A model generated the notes under the pieces. That model saw only the letters and a program-made list of their open reading frames with translations. It had not been told where the DNA came from and searched no databases. From the NCBI RefSeq assembly GCF_009914755.1, contig NC_060927.1: a DNA stretch of 64,000 nucleotides; one strand, written 5' to 3'. The stretch's first letter is position 1, and the number at the start of each line of letters is the position of its first letter. Below are positions 14,095-28,428 of this stretch, piece after piece. A program made the position numbers and the translations under genes. Source of the stretch: the human T2T-CHM13v2.0 reference genome, Homo sapiens.

Positions 14095-16727
14095 GCAGGT
14101 GAGGGAGCCCCAGCAGGAATGTGAAATCTGTGGTCATTTCCCTCTTCCTGCCTGTCACCTTTGCCAAGCTAACATGGGAAGCTTCCAAACTTTATTTTTA
14201 ACAAGGGAGGCCCTCTTGGCATCTCAGCTCAGTCACTTATTCAGCAGTTATTTACTGAGGTCTCTTGTGTGTGTCATTGTTCTGCGCATGGAGGAACCAG
14301 CTAGGAGGCGTCATAGAGTCCTAATCAAAGCCAGCATCCCCATTGTTTTACAGATGGGGAGGCTGAGGCCTAGGGAAGGAAGGTGCCCCAAGGTCAAGGG
14401 ATGGAGCGGTAGCTGAGTCCAGACTGGGTCCCTTAGGCCGAGGATCGTTCCGATGGCTATATGCCTTTTGCCACTCCATCCTGTACATAAGTGGGGCTGG
14501 AACCAAGAGGCTGAGAACTTGTCATCAATTTGGGATATGCTCGGGATGGTGCCCCAGGGTGGGCTTTCTTTCCTTCTTTCTCCAACCCTGGTAGTCACAG
14601 TTGGAGGCTGAGGCTTCAGGTCTAGGAGACTGCTGGGGGAGCCGAGGCAAAGCACAGGAAGAGGCTGTGTACCCGCTTGCCCAGCAGGCACTCATTAAGG
14701 CAGGCCTTGGGAACTGCTCTGGGCACAGGAAGCAGCTGCTGCAGGCACCTTATCGGGCCTCTTGTCCACACCCTCAGTGAGGCAGAGGCGGTTCTATTCC
14801 CAGGCTTCCCTCCCTGGATCTCAAGGGCTGGCTTACCTGCTGGTACTGCCACCTGCTAAGTGGCCTGCTCTGGCACAGGGAGGAGGGCACTTTTGGCAGC
14901 ATCAGGACCTGGAGCTGAGTGACAATCCTCCAGCACTCTTTCCTCTTCCACCTCCTCCAGCCACAGAGCCTAGCCATGCCTGGGTGTGGGGAGGGGAGGG
15001 ATAGATTCGCTGGGAAAGGCAAAACAACCCTTGTGCGGTGGTGGCATTTGGGCTGCACCTATAAGGTAGGCAGTGTTCCCCAGGTGGGAAGGCAGGTCAG
15101 GCAGAGATACTGGCTTGGTGGCAGTCATGGCTTGTGTATCCAGTGAGGCTGGAGTACAGGAGAGGAGCAAGAGTTTGGGCCTAAGAGATATAGGCTGGGT
15201 CCTGCAGGCACTAGGGAGACACTGATGGCGTCTGAGCAGATGAGTGACAGTATCCAGGCTGGGCTTCAGATCAAGTCTCTTCAGTACCTAGGAGATGGGG
15301 AGGAAGAGCCAGAGGCCACAGTCAAATTCTGCACAAAGATAATGCAAGTTAGCTGAAAGTAGCAGTGACTTTTCATTCCCAGATGTCCCCAAGCCAAGAG
15401 GCGATCCTCCCACCATACCACGGCTTGGCTTCCCCGGCTCCCCTTAGGGAGCTACCCTTGGGTATTGAGGTGTTGGGAGCCAGGCCTCTCCCCTTTGTTG
15501 GCCTAGGCACTGGAACCTGCTCCTTAGCCTCTCTGGCTTTACCCCACCTCCCTCCCTTCCCCCAGGAATGAAAGCACAAAGCCAGCCTTTGCTAGGGCGG
15601 CGTGGGAGCCACCACTCTCAAAATACCAGCTCGGATATTGTAGCTTGGCAGCCCTGCAGGACCCTGGGGGCTGAAGCTTGTCTGGATGGTGCTGTGGGGT
15701 TGGGCTGTCACCAGTCCAGAGGGAGCCTTCTTCCCCAGGCAGATGGAATTTACTTATCAAAGAAGAATTCTGTTGCTCTTCTCCAGGAAGCTTGAGATTG
15801 GAATTAGGGAGGGGAAAGAGATTCCAAGGAGAGAATTTGCAGTGCACCCCCTCTCCCCCAAGCAGAACAACTTCTTCTTCAGCTGAGCCCTCAGATTAGG
15901 AGAGGCTAGCTGTCTAGTTATGCAGGTGGGAAGGAAAGGACTTCACTGAGGAGTGGAGCAGAGGTCAGAGGTACCAGTTGGAGATGAGAAATTCAGGGCC
16001 TTCTCCTTCTCTCCCTCTCTTCTGTCCCCTGTCTCCTCTCCATTCCCACTTGCCCACTTGTCCTTCCCCTCTGGCAATTCCTGACTCCTCTGGCTCTCAG
16101 GTGCTTGGCTTCCCAGCTCCATCTGTACGAGCAGCCTTCCTGCTGCTGGATAATCATCAGCAACCAGTTTGTCAGCTTGTGAGCAGGACAGGGCTCAAGG
16201 TCCTTGACTACACAGACAAGCTGCTAAGAATGCTGGATCTTGGAGAGGGGGTGGGCTGTGGAGCCTGCGATGGTAGAGCCATCATCTGGAAGGCTGTGGC
16301 TCTCCTCCCAGATTTGCAAGGGAGAGCAATGGGATCAGGGCTGACTCACCCAGTGCTCTAGCTGAGCTCTCCTTGGGGTACTCACTCCTGTACTCCCCAA
16401 CCCTCTGGTCTGGCCACACAACGGCCCAGGCCCAAGAAGGCCAGAGCAGGGCTGAACCAGGGTTGTATCTTGGCCCTCTGGGCCTAGAGAAAGGTAAGGC
16501 TGGGTATGGATGCAGGATTAGGGGCCTCCCAGTCCATCTGGGCACTAAGGTGCTTAAGAGCCTGTGTCCCATGTGCCTGCTTAGAGGGAAACATTGTTTC
16601 CCCACCCCTCAATACCCCAGGCTGCCCTGTGCTTGACTGCTGCCTAGGCCCTCCTCCACAGGACACCGAGGAAGCCAGGGCCTGCGTCGTGCCAGGGAGA
16701 TGAATAGAGGTGTAAATTGTGTGGTGA

Positions 16728-17319
<592 letters not shown>

Positions 17320-17500
17320 TGATCTGTTGCACAGAAAAATGGGCTGTGCTTGAGTTACCTTTGTGACTTAATGTTTGTGGTAGTCCCTCCATTGATTCTT
17401 TTTGGGTTTTCTGAGTATAGTTTTCTTACCGTCACATAATGGTGTTTTTATTCATCCTTTCCAGTTCCTCACTTCTTTTGAGATCATCTATTCTAATCCC

Positions 17501-17666
17501 TTTCTTTCCTTCCTTCCTTCCTTCCTTCCTTCCTTCCTTCCTTCCTTCCTTCCTTCCTTCCTTCCTCCCTTCCCTTCCCTTCCCTTCCCCTTCCTTCCGT
17601 CCGTCCTTCCTTCCTTCCTTCCTTCCTTCCTTCCTTCCTTCCTTCCTTCCTTCTTTCCTTCTTTCT
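17501..17666. repeat. (TTCC)n/(GGAA)n microsatellite forming the tail of the adjacent Alu
   Basis: 15 consecutive TTCC (17506-17565), an interrupted spacer, then 11 consecutive TTCC (17607-17650). Confidence 0.95.
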
Positions 17667-17669
17667 TGT

Positions 17670-18092
<423 letters not shown>

Positions 18093-21000
18093 CCTTTATT
18101 TCATACTTGGGCAAATTGAGGGCCAGAGGGAAGCTACCGATTTGTGTAGCCAAGCCAATGCCCTAGGCTCCTGCCTGGGGTGCTCTCTGCCACTTCCTGC
18201 TTCCTCTTTTCCCTCCCTGGCCATCCTGTCTTACTCCCTGTCTCCTTTGCCTGCCATTTTCAGAGCTTTGGGCTCTGCTGGTGTGAGGGGAGAGTAGAGA
18301 GAGGGGAAGGTGCTCACCAGCCCTTCTGCAGGCTCTCCCTGCTGCTGTGGCAAGGCCCCAGAGCACCAACAGACAGGTCTGGCTTCTGGGCCAGAAGCTT
18401 TGGGGCAGCCTGGTGGGGGTGAGAGGAAAGTTTCCGGGCAGAATAATAACGTGCTACCTTCTAGCTGCAGCCTCTTGCTATACCTCCCCAAAGCATGCAC
18501 GTGCCATGAAGACCAGCTGCCTGAGGGGCCTCCAGGGTTTGAGTCCCCACTTGCAGGGACTGCTGTGTGCAGGCAGGTGCATGTTGGTGTCTGTAATTAA
18601 AAATGAGCATGCATCACTTCACCCAGTGAGGAGACGCCACTACCTCGGGTGGGATGCAACAGCTGCTTGCTGGCTGTGCAGCTGCCTGGGTATCCAGCCT
18701 GGCACAGAAGGATAGATAGGACTGGGTAGCTCAGGGTGAACAGTAAGGCAAGGCCCAGGGCCCCTCAGCCAGACCTCATCCCTTGCTGGGCCTAGAGCTT
18801 ATGTAGGAGATGTGACCCGTCCTTGGCCCACACATTGCCTCCTTCTTTTGGGCATTTGCAGCCACCTAGTTCTAAGCAAACCTCCAGCCTCTGGGTAGCC
18901 TGGGAGTGGGACCCATCATCAGCCTTCGTCCTGGGCCTGACCTCTTCTGTCTTCTATTTGCTCCCAATCCCTAGCTGAAGCCAGGGCACAGGGTGATGTC
19001 CTGAATACAAAGCACTAAATGAGGATAGTTCAGGTCCAGGTCCTCTCTCTTACCTCTTTTCTTCCTCTCCCATAATTCAGAAAGACCTGCTGGGGAGGCA
19101 CTGTGGGTCCCGTGGGGGAAAGCTTGGCCTGGTGTATCAGTCTTGCCCTGTTGTGGGAGCCCTGAGCTGAATGGGGTAAATGCCTGCACCCTGCCCAGGA
19201 GATGAACTCAGGCTGAAGTGAGGTGGGAGTGTGTGGTGTGTCCCCAAGGTAGCTGACGCAGTGGCACTGTGGCAGCCTGTGTGAGGTGGGTGAGCTGCTC
19301 CTTCCCTTTTTTGCCAACACTCCTGAGTGAGTAAGCAGGTGTTGGTGCAGGGTGGGGTGGTGGTGGGGAAGTGCTGGTGTCTGGGGTCTCTTAGAAATTC
19401 CTGCATCATGGGTGGTGTCCCAAGTCCCCATCTTGTTTCTGCATGTGGAAGACCCAGGTGGGAGGGAAGGCCCGGAGGTGTGTCTGAGGGACTGGAACTC
19501 TGAATCCAGTTTCTGGCAGACCCTGGGGGCACCTTGGCATGGTTCACTGACTTTTGCCTGTTAGGTGGAGAGGAATGTGAACATCTGCAACTCTCCCACC
19601 TTGGAAAGAGGCTTTATAGTCTCCTTGGGTCTGTGTGTGGGAGTGAGCTGCTCTGGGCTGTGGGTTTGTTAGATGGCCAGTGGTGTCAGTGGCAGAGCAC
19701 GTTCTCATGTCCTGGCAATGCTTCCACACACTGCTGGCTGTCTGGGCTGTGGAAGGGGATGTGCCAGGGCTAGGAGGACCCCAGGCCCACCCAGGCTCTT
19801 CACCAGTGGGACCAGCCCAGTGTGACCTTGAGCTAGTGTCCTTGGCCACTGGCAGTCTGCTCTCCAAGGGCTCCCTGGGGCTAACTGAGGGAGAGGCAGC
19901 TGGCCTCGCCTTCCTCCAATGATTTTCCAATATTTACTGGCTCATTGACATATTGCCCGGGCCATGGCTCCTACTGTGCAGCAAGGACCTGAGAGCCAGC
20001 CCATGGTCACCCTGTCTTCCCTCCGAGGTTGCACCTGGCTGGGAGGGAAAGGGCTTGTCCTCTCTGCCTGATCACTCAGGGACAGAGCATATAGCTTGTC
20101 CTGCCCCTCACCTTCCATCCCCAGCCCCCACTAGAGTCATTCTTGCTCAGTGGGCAGAGCATGCAAGGGAGAGCAGTCTCCCAGGAAGGGCCAGGGGGCA
20201 ACTACAAGCCCCTTCTCTGCCTGTGGGCCTGGCTTAGAAGTTTGCTCCTTTGCCTTCTTCCTGTCCCTTCTCTGCCCAAGTCTGAATTTTGGTAGGACCT
20301 GGTGCATGTGCTATAATGATTTGGGGCTGAACAGTCAATGGCATTTTAATTAGCTCCATGCCTCCCTCCAGTAGGGAGGACCAGGGCCCCCAGGTAACAG
20401 CAGGTAGGACCAGGCTAGTTTTGGGCCTGAGGCTGCCCCTCCAGGGGTCTGGGAGCAGGCTCTGGGACCTGGTGCTCCCTGTGTGAGATGCTGTGAGGAG
20501 GGAGAGCTGGGCAGAGAAGGAAGGGCTGTGTCGCAGGGCCACAGTTTTCTCTCCATCCTCTGTCTCCCTTGATCCTCTGTTCTCCCTGATGGCTTTGAGA
20601 TGAAGGCGACGGCAAGGATGGAGGATGCAGTTTCCATGGCAACGGGGCTGTCCACAGCCAGGCAACTTCAGAGCCGGGCTCTCCGGAGGAAGCAGATGCG
20701 CAGAACAGCCGCAGAGCTGCCTCCCGCCTGCCAACGAGGGGGCTGGCAGAACAGGTGGCACAGGGTGGCAGCCTGGTGCTGCCCAGCCTAGGGGAGAGGG
20801 TGGAAAGAGCAGTACTCCCTCTTATTATCTTGTTATGGCCAAGTTCCTCCAGAAGGGAAGCTAGGGAGGTGGCTTGAGTGTTGAGAGGGGTTGGGCTAGG
20901 GTCCCCATTGTCCCTGGAATCTCTGGGTGGACACAGGCTCTGTCCTCTGGGATCTTCCCCCAAAAGCCAAATGTCTGCTGCTCTTGTGATGGCCACTCAG

Positions 21001-22915
21001 CTACTACCCTTTGGGTCCTTTGTCCAGAGTGTGAGGATGTTGGTGAAGGCCATGCCCTGACTAGATTCAGGGATCCTTTTCTTTCATCTAGCTACTGGGG
21101 AAGGACCTGGACCTTCTTCAGGGGCCTCCCTGCCCCTGGCCTCAGTGACCTGGACCAGTTTGCTGAGTTGGGTTCAGGTTTGGCAGATGCCTGCCTCTAA
21201 GTGCTGGCATTGGAGGGGCCCCAGAGCCTGACAGCTCCTGCTTCCTGACACTGTGATCTTGTTTAGCCTCCTCCTGGAGACCAAGGCTGGAGTGGGTATG
21301 TGAGTGGGTAGAGAAGCAAAGACAGCCATCTGTGTGTTTAGAAATGGGACGTGTCAGGGGCATGGACTCTTGAGATGGAGGAAGCCCCGAGGGCACCCAG
21401 GTTGGCAAAGAAGATTTGACTCCAACTATTAAAAAATAATGACTTTCCTTCACCGACCTTGGAAGCATCAGGGCTAGGGTGTTCTACTTTGCTGTTGAGC
21501 ACATGGAGACTTAGGATGGAAGGCTTTGCCTGGATCACCCATGGAGTCAGAGGCTGAGCCACAGCCAGACCTGGGACAGGCCATCCACCTCCCGCGTGGC
21601 CTCCTAGATGCACCCTCCCTTCAGCTGGCTGCTGAGGGTCCTAGCTAGGTAAACCTTTCAGGCTCACTCCTCTTTCCCTTTATCATCCGTGGGCTTGCTT
21701 TTAACCCTTCTTTGCTAGCTTGCTTTAGTTGAAGGAGGTTCCTCAACCCTAGGGTTGGCCAGGCAGGTGGACAAGTGGAGTCTTGGAGTGGCTTCTCCTT
21801 GCCAGGCAATAAGTCTCTCATTACTGCTAAGTGGAAGGCTCATTTCAGAGCTCATGGTGAGAGCGGGGCGAATGCTATAAATAGTCGTGTTGTGAAGATT
21901 GGCGGGTGAGCAGTGACAGGGCAGGGGCCTTGCAGTCATCATAGTGGGTATTTGTGCTCCTTCGCAGGAAAGGTGGCGGGGCAGGCTCTGAGTAAGAGGC
22001 AACTTGACCCCTGTTCTGGCTGTCCCTGCCTGCCTCAGGGTGGCTCTGGCATGTCTGTGCCCCTCCATACTCATTGGGGGATGGGGAGCACTGGATTCTG
22101 TGTCTAGGCAGAGGGAGGTGGAGTGCCTTTTGGAACTTGGGGCCCAAAAGGTGGTACATCAGCCCACTGGGTAATGTCCTGTGCTAGATCTACTTGTCCT
22201 ACCTGACCTTCCAGTCCAGGGTCTCCCTCTTCCCCATCAGCTAAAACCTGAGTTTACATGTGAGGAGGTATGGGAACCATACCTGATAGTCTCAGAGGTT
22301 GACATAGCTCTAAACTAGCAGGGGAATGAATGGGAGTGGAAGTGGTGTTTAGCTGGCCTTGATCCTTGTTCAGGGTCTATAGTAGCATGTCTGCAAGAGC
22401 AGGGGCTGGAGGCCTAAGGACTGGGGGTGCTGGTCTTCTGATATCTGTGGGTCAGTCAGCGTTGTCCAGGGTGGAGAGGAGGTCAGGGCCAGGGGGTCCT
22501 GGGATGGAAAGTCTGGTAGGTGAGACCTTGGCTTAGGCACATGGGGTCCCTATCCTGGGGTGGTCCAGGGGTGCCAAGCTTCATGGCTCTGTGAGACCAG
22601 TGCCTTCTGGAACAGCTTTTTGGTCTCAGATGTACACATAGGAGAGCAGTGCCAGGCTCCTGGGTTCTTTTACCACCTGCCCTAGGGTGTCGTCCTGGGT
22701 CTTCAGACTATTATTGCACTCTGGACTATGGGGCCCTGCTGTTAGGGTGATCTATGTGTGCCTCCCTCAGCAGGGCTTTGGAACTTGGAAGAGGTTGAGA
22801 GGCAGAGCCAGCCCCTGGGACAGAATAGGTAATAGACAGTTCTGGGGGTCACCCAGGGACAAGTGAGTCAGGGGCCCTGTAGGGCTCATTCTACCTTTTG
22901 CCACTCTCTGACTAG

Positions 22916-23084
22916 GAGCGGAAGCTGTGTGCCTATCCTCGGCTGGAGATCTACCAGGAAGACCAGATCCATTTCATGTGCCCACTGGCACGGCAGGGAG
23001 ACTTCTATGTGCCTGAGATGAAGGAGACAGAGTGGAAATGGCGGGGGCTTGTGGAGGCCATTGACACCCAGGTGGATGGCACAG
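22916..23084 (+). CDS. TEX264: TEX264 penultimate coding exon, 169 nt (ERKLCAYPRLEIYQEDQIHFMCPLARQGDFYVPEMKETEWKWRGLVEAIDTQVDGT)
   Basis: ctgactag|GAG acceptor and ACAG|gtacag donor; phase 0 in, phase 1 out; joins both flanking exons in frame. Absent from the ORF track (below its length cut-off); read by hand. Confidence 0.96.
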
Positions 23085-24832
23085 GTACAGAAGGTGGGGT
23101 ATGAGGATGGGGCCCTCCTGGAGCTCCTCTCTTCTGGACTCCAGGGGCTTGGTTGAGGAGGCTCCTCCCTCTCTGGGTTGGCACTGTGGGTGTCAGGCTA
23201 TGCTTGGCAGAGGGAGGAAGGAGACCCACCTACCTGAGGACCCACATGTGGAGTTGCCTGTTCCCAGACACATGGATCTACATAGATGTGGATTCACACA
23301 CATTACCTCCTGGCAACACAGATACAAAGACCCTGCCTGGATTCCCTCCAGATGCAGCAGGAGTACCCTTGGAAACAAAGATCACAGACAGCTCGATGTT
23401 CATGGGAGGGGGCTGAGGCTGCTCAGGAAAGGAGTCCCTTGGGTGGGGCTCAGCAGGAAGTAAGATTGGCATAGATCTGGAAGGTAAGGAGGGGAGCAAA
23501 GTGTTCTCTTGTCCCTCAGTACGGGCCCCACCCAGAGCCAGCTGCTTTCTCCCTGCCAGGGAACAACCAGGGAGCATGCAGAGGGGAGCCAGGAGATCAG
23601 TCACCTGTGCCTTTCTCCAGGGCCAGCCCACACTCCTGCTGGCAGCCTCAAGGCCCCAGGTCCAGGCTGGAAGGCTGCTTGCCTGCCCACCCCTCTGCAA
23701 TGATCTGTGACCCCGGGCTGTCTCAGGCACAAGGGGGTCTGCTGGGTTACATCCCAGATGGTCCCAGGGGGCCTTATCCTTGGCCAACCTGGTGGAGTTT
23801 GTGACTTCTAGGAGTGGTACAGGGCTGTGGGGAGAGGAACTGTCCCTCCTCTCCTCCTTCTTTAGCAGATGCTCTGCCCATCCAGTCTTCAACAGCCAAG
23901 GTCACCCTAGGGAGACGTGTCAGCTAGGGCTGGGTAGGAGGGTATTGGGAGCAGTCTCTACTCCCTAGGGGCCTGTGTCCAACACAGTTAACTTCATCTG
24001 CCACTTAATTACCTCCATGGGGTACAGCTCCCTTCTGCCTGGTAGTGCCCGGCAGACACTCTTCAGTGCCCCTACTGTGGGCACAGGACATGGCACAAGG
24101 TCAGCAGGCCCAGGCAGCCTCCAGGGCAGGAAGACAGAGTGCCTTCACTTTACTGTGACCTCCCTCTGCTGCCTGCCTCCCCCTCCTTGACCCACCCACC
24201 CAGCTTCCTTCCCTCCCAAACACTGCCTGTCAGGGTCATTGAAGGACTGCTTGGCACCCACTACAGCTGGCTGTAGTGGCAGCTCCCACATTCCCCAGCT
24301 CCTCAGCCTGTTTTCCTCCCCTCCAGCCCGCCCACCCACTCCCTGGTGTTGGGGCCAAGGGGTCTGCCCACCTCTCACAGGGCCTGTCCTGACACCCCAG
24401 CGGGACTCGGTGTTTGCCCACCAGGTGCATGCCACTGACACAGCAGTTGGTGGTGGGTGCATGCAGGATGTCTGACTGCCCAAGGCTTGGCCTGTCCCTG
24501 CCCGCCTCCCTGCTGTGGCCCTAGCTTAGGCCGGGAGGTGAAAGGGGGTGATTAGCTGCCTTGTGCCTGTTATTACATTGATGTATTATTTAGCTTCAGA
24601 GAGGCGATGAATATTTGATCGTCTTGCACTGGCTGTGGGCAGAGCGAGAGGGAGGGATTTGGGTGAAGGGGGTGGGCTTCAAGTCCCCTGCCCCAGTAGT
24701 CGTGGGGATTTAGGTAGGGCCCTGCCTTGCCTGGTATCTTCTGCCCAGGGATGCAGGCATGGGACTCTGGGACCTCCTCCTGTGTAGATCTTGGTGGGGG
24801 TATAGGGATGCTACTTCCCCGTATTGCATTCC

Positions 24833-25131
24833 TTTTTTTTTTTTCTTCTGCGGCAAGGTCTGGCTCTATCGCCCAGGCTGGAGTGGTGCAGTGGCAAGAT
24901 CTCGGCTCACTGTAACCTTTCCCTCCCAGGCTTAAGCTGTCCTCCCACCTCAGCCTCCTGAGTAGCTGTGACAAGAGGCGTGTACCACCATGCTTGGCTA
25001 GTTTTTGTATTTTTTATAGAGATGGTGTTTCGCCATATTGCCCAGGCTGGCCTTGAACTTGTTAGCTCAAGTGATCCTGCCTCAGCCTCCCAAAGTGTTG
25101 GGATTCTAGGGATGAGCCACCATGCCCAGCT
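24833..25131 (-). mobile_element. Alu (AluJ-like)
   Basis: J-type ggcttaagctgtcctcccacctcag and agctcaagtgatcc; poly(T) at the start. Confidence 0.9.
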
Positions 25132-25138
25132 GGATTCC

Positions 25139-25441
<303 letters not shown>

Positions 25442-27233
25442 TCCAGCTGAATTCCTTTGCTTGAAGTGTATATATGTCTCCAGGGGCTGTCTTCATTTCA
25501 GCAGGCTGTCCTGGCCTGAAGGAGGCACCCCTAGGCTCCTTCCTCTGAACATTCCTAGCCTAGGAGCTGGGTGGTAGGAGGTAGCATGCTGGGAAGCAGG
25601 CACATTCCTATACCTGGGGTCCCAAGAGAGCCATTGGGTGGGTGGGCAGACAGAACATACAGTTTAATAGGGCCAGGGAGAAACTGTCTCCCTCCTTTGC
25701 TCTTTTCAGGCCTGCGGTCCCTGGGGCACTGATCATTATTTAAGGAGCAGTGAGGGCCTGGCATCCTGTCCCCTGGTCAGAAGAAACTACCCAAAACTTA
25801 AAGCTCCCCCAGCTCCCTGACCACCTCATTCACAGGCTTCTGTCCTGGGAGCCACACCTGGGGCCTCAGCAAGAGGAGGGCCCTGGGCCAGCAGCCTGGG
25901 CTTCTAGGGCTCACCTCACCTCTGCCAGTAGCGCCCAGAGGGCATATTCTGGGGGCTGAGTGGGTGGTGGGGGTAGGGAGAGACCCCAAATTCCCCCCTC
26001 TCCTAATTCTCCCACCCCCAACCTAGGCCCCATTTGAGGCTCAAGGAAAGCCCCAGGCTGAGTCCAGGCGCCAAGCAGACCCCAGCTGCACCTGGCTTGG
26101 CTCCAACACCATGGAGACAGTGGCTGGGGAAGCTGGCTAACCCCTCACCTTCTGTGATGTTTGACAGCTGACCCTCTCCCCATCATACAGGAAGGGTAGC
26201 AGATCCACTTTCTCCCAGTCTGGATTCCTGCACACAGCGAGCCTGAGCCATGTGTTCCTCCTTGCCACCCCAGCCTGCATTCAGTGCCTCTGATCCAGGG
26301 AGATGAACCCAGGGGTTGCTCCTGGACAGGGCAGATGAAGGGGCTGCTTGCTTGGAGGATGTATTGGGGGTGGAAGGAGCAGGTTAGAAGGAGTTTGGGC
26401 CATCAACCTGGCTCAGCACTGGTTTGGGGCACCCCAACCACCAGCAGAGTGCTCTCATCATCCCCTTTTGCTATCTTGTGGCTCAGGAAGCACCAGTCAT
26501 TGGGGGTGGGGTGGGTAAGGGTTTCTCAGGGTCGACCCAGGCATAGGGAGAGAAAACCCTTAACATGTTTCATCCCAGCACCCTCCTCCTTGCAGCTGGT
26601 TGAGTATTTCTCAGGCCTTCTCCATCCTCCTCGTACTTCAGCTCCCTCCTCAACTGGGACTTGGTGTGTACCAGAGGCAGGGGCCTGCTGACTCCCTGGA
26701 TGCTGCTCCTGGGAGCCCTGCACGGGGGAGGGCTGCAGAGGGGCCTCCTGCTGCATTCTGCAGTCCTCGTGCCCTGTGGGTGATGTTCTGTAGCTGGCCC
26801 TGGACACATCTCTTTCCAAGCTTGAAGTGGGGGTGGGGGAAGGTGGAGAGGACACTACTTGTGTCTCTTTGTTCTACCTCAGCTCCTCACCTCAGGGCTG
26901 AGTGGCCCTTAATAAATGTGGGGGGAGGGCAGCAGGCTTTGTGGAAGTGCAGGGAGCTGAGGCTAATTTAGAGTGGGGAGAAGAGTGCACAGCTGCCTCC
27001 TCCCACCCTCTCTCCCTCCCTCCCTCCTTCCCTCCCTCCCTTCCTCCCAGCTCTTTCCCTCTGCCCTGTCTGTGCAGCCCCAGTCAGGGTAGAGGGCAGA
27101 GGGCAGCTGGAGCAAGCCCCCTGAGCCCGGGAGGCTGCATTATTCATGAGTGCACTGCGTGCTGAGTTGCCTCTCCCTGGAGGAGGGGGTGGGGTGGTCC
27201 TAGCTAACCTGTGCTCCCTTTTCCTGGTCATAG

Positions 27234-27526
27234 GAGCTGACACAATGAGTGACACGAGTTCTGTAAGCTTGGAAGTGAGCCCTGGCAGCCGGGAGACTTC
27301 AGCTGCCACACTGTCACCTGGGGCGAGCAGCCGTGGCTGGGATGACGGTGACACCCGCAGCGAGCACAGCTACAGCGAGTCAGGTGCCAGCGGCTCCTCT
27401 TTTGAGGAGCTGGACTTGGAGGGCGAGGGGCCCTTAGGGGAGTCACGGCTGGACCCTGGGACTGAGCCCCTGGGGACTACCAAGTGGCTCTGGGAGCCCA
27501 CTGCCCCTGAGAAGGGCAAGGAGTAA
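27234..27526 (+). CDS. TEX264: TEX264 last coding exon: disordered C-terminus with LIR (SSFEEL; FEEL at 27401-27412) and adjacent p97-binding SHP-like box (LEGEGPLG), stop TAA
   Basis: gctaac branch point, catag|GA acceptor in phase 1; ends ...PTAPEKGKE* at 27524-27526; corresponds to the 3' part of ORF 27146..27526. Confidence 0.97.
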
Positions 27527-27800
27527 CCCATGGCCTGCACCCTCCTGCAGTGCAGTTGCTGAGGAACTGAGCAGACTCTCCAGCAGACTCTCCAGCCCTC
27601 TTCCTCCTTCCTCTGGGGGAGGAGGGGTTCCTGAGGGACCTGACTTCCCCTGCTCCAGGCCTCTTGCTAAGCCTTCTCCTCACTGCCCTTTAGGCTCCCA
27701 GGGCCAGAGGAGCCAGGGACTATTTTCTGCACCAGCCCCCAGGGCTGCCACCCCTGTTGTGTCTTTTTTTCAGACTCACAGTGGAGCTTCCAGGACCCAG

Positions 27801-27806
27801 AATAAA
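27801..27806 (+). terminator. TEX264: TEX264 polyadenylation signal AATAAA
   Basis: AATAAA ~275 nt after the stop codon, followed by a GT/T-rich downstream element (tttgggttgtgtatttgtttgtt). Confidence 0.85.
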
Positions 27807-28229
27807 GCCAATGATTTACTTGTTTCACCTGGATTTGGGTTGTGTATTTGTTTGTTCTGCCTTGGTTGGGGGCGGTGGGGGGATGGCTGTACAGATAGGC
27901 TGGGAGTGGGAAGGAGCCTCCCCTCCCCAGGACAAAGAATGGAAGGAACATGGCAGGTACCCTGGGGTTGGGGGAGGAGGGGAGTTAGAGATCCTCCACG
28001 TCCTGCTCTGTGACCCCAGTGGCCAGCTGCCCCTCCATTGCAGCTGCCAGAGAGCAAGCAGAGCCTGGCTTGGGTGAGAGCTGAGTATGGGGTGCCCTTC
28101 AGGGCTCAGGAATGGGGAGCTCACAGCCTGTCTTCATCTGCCTCCAAGGGATGCCTTTGTGTCTGTGACTAGTGTGCCTGCACGCTGGTACTTCCCCAGT
28201 AGGCGAGGCTCCCCCACTGTGCCTGCCAG

Positions 28230-28390
28230 TGGCTGTGTACCTGTGTGTGTGCATGTGCACCCACGCTCATGCATTTGGCTCTGTGTAACCACGGATGGAT
28301 GGGGCTGCTTGGGTAAAGCTGTGCCCAGGTGAGCATCAGGGTATGATTGTACCTGAGCATGGCTGAGTCTGTGTGGATGGCTGTGTGCCT

Positions 28391-28428
<38 letters not shown>

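Noticed and set aside
26102-26124. Additional RE1-like motifs (26102, ~11030, ~6040)
   Set aside because: Mismatches or wrong spacing in core half-site positions; consistent with chance.
27570-27596. 12-bp tandem duplication (agcagactctcc x2) in the TEX264 3' UTR
   Set aside because: Real but trivial slippage, with no recognisable motif.
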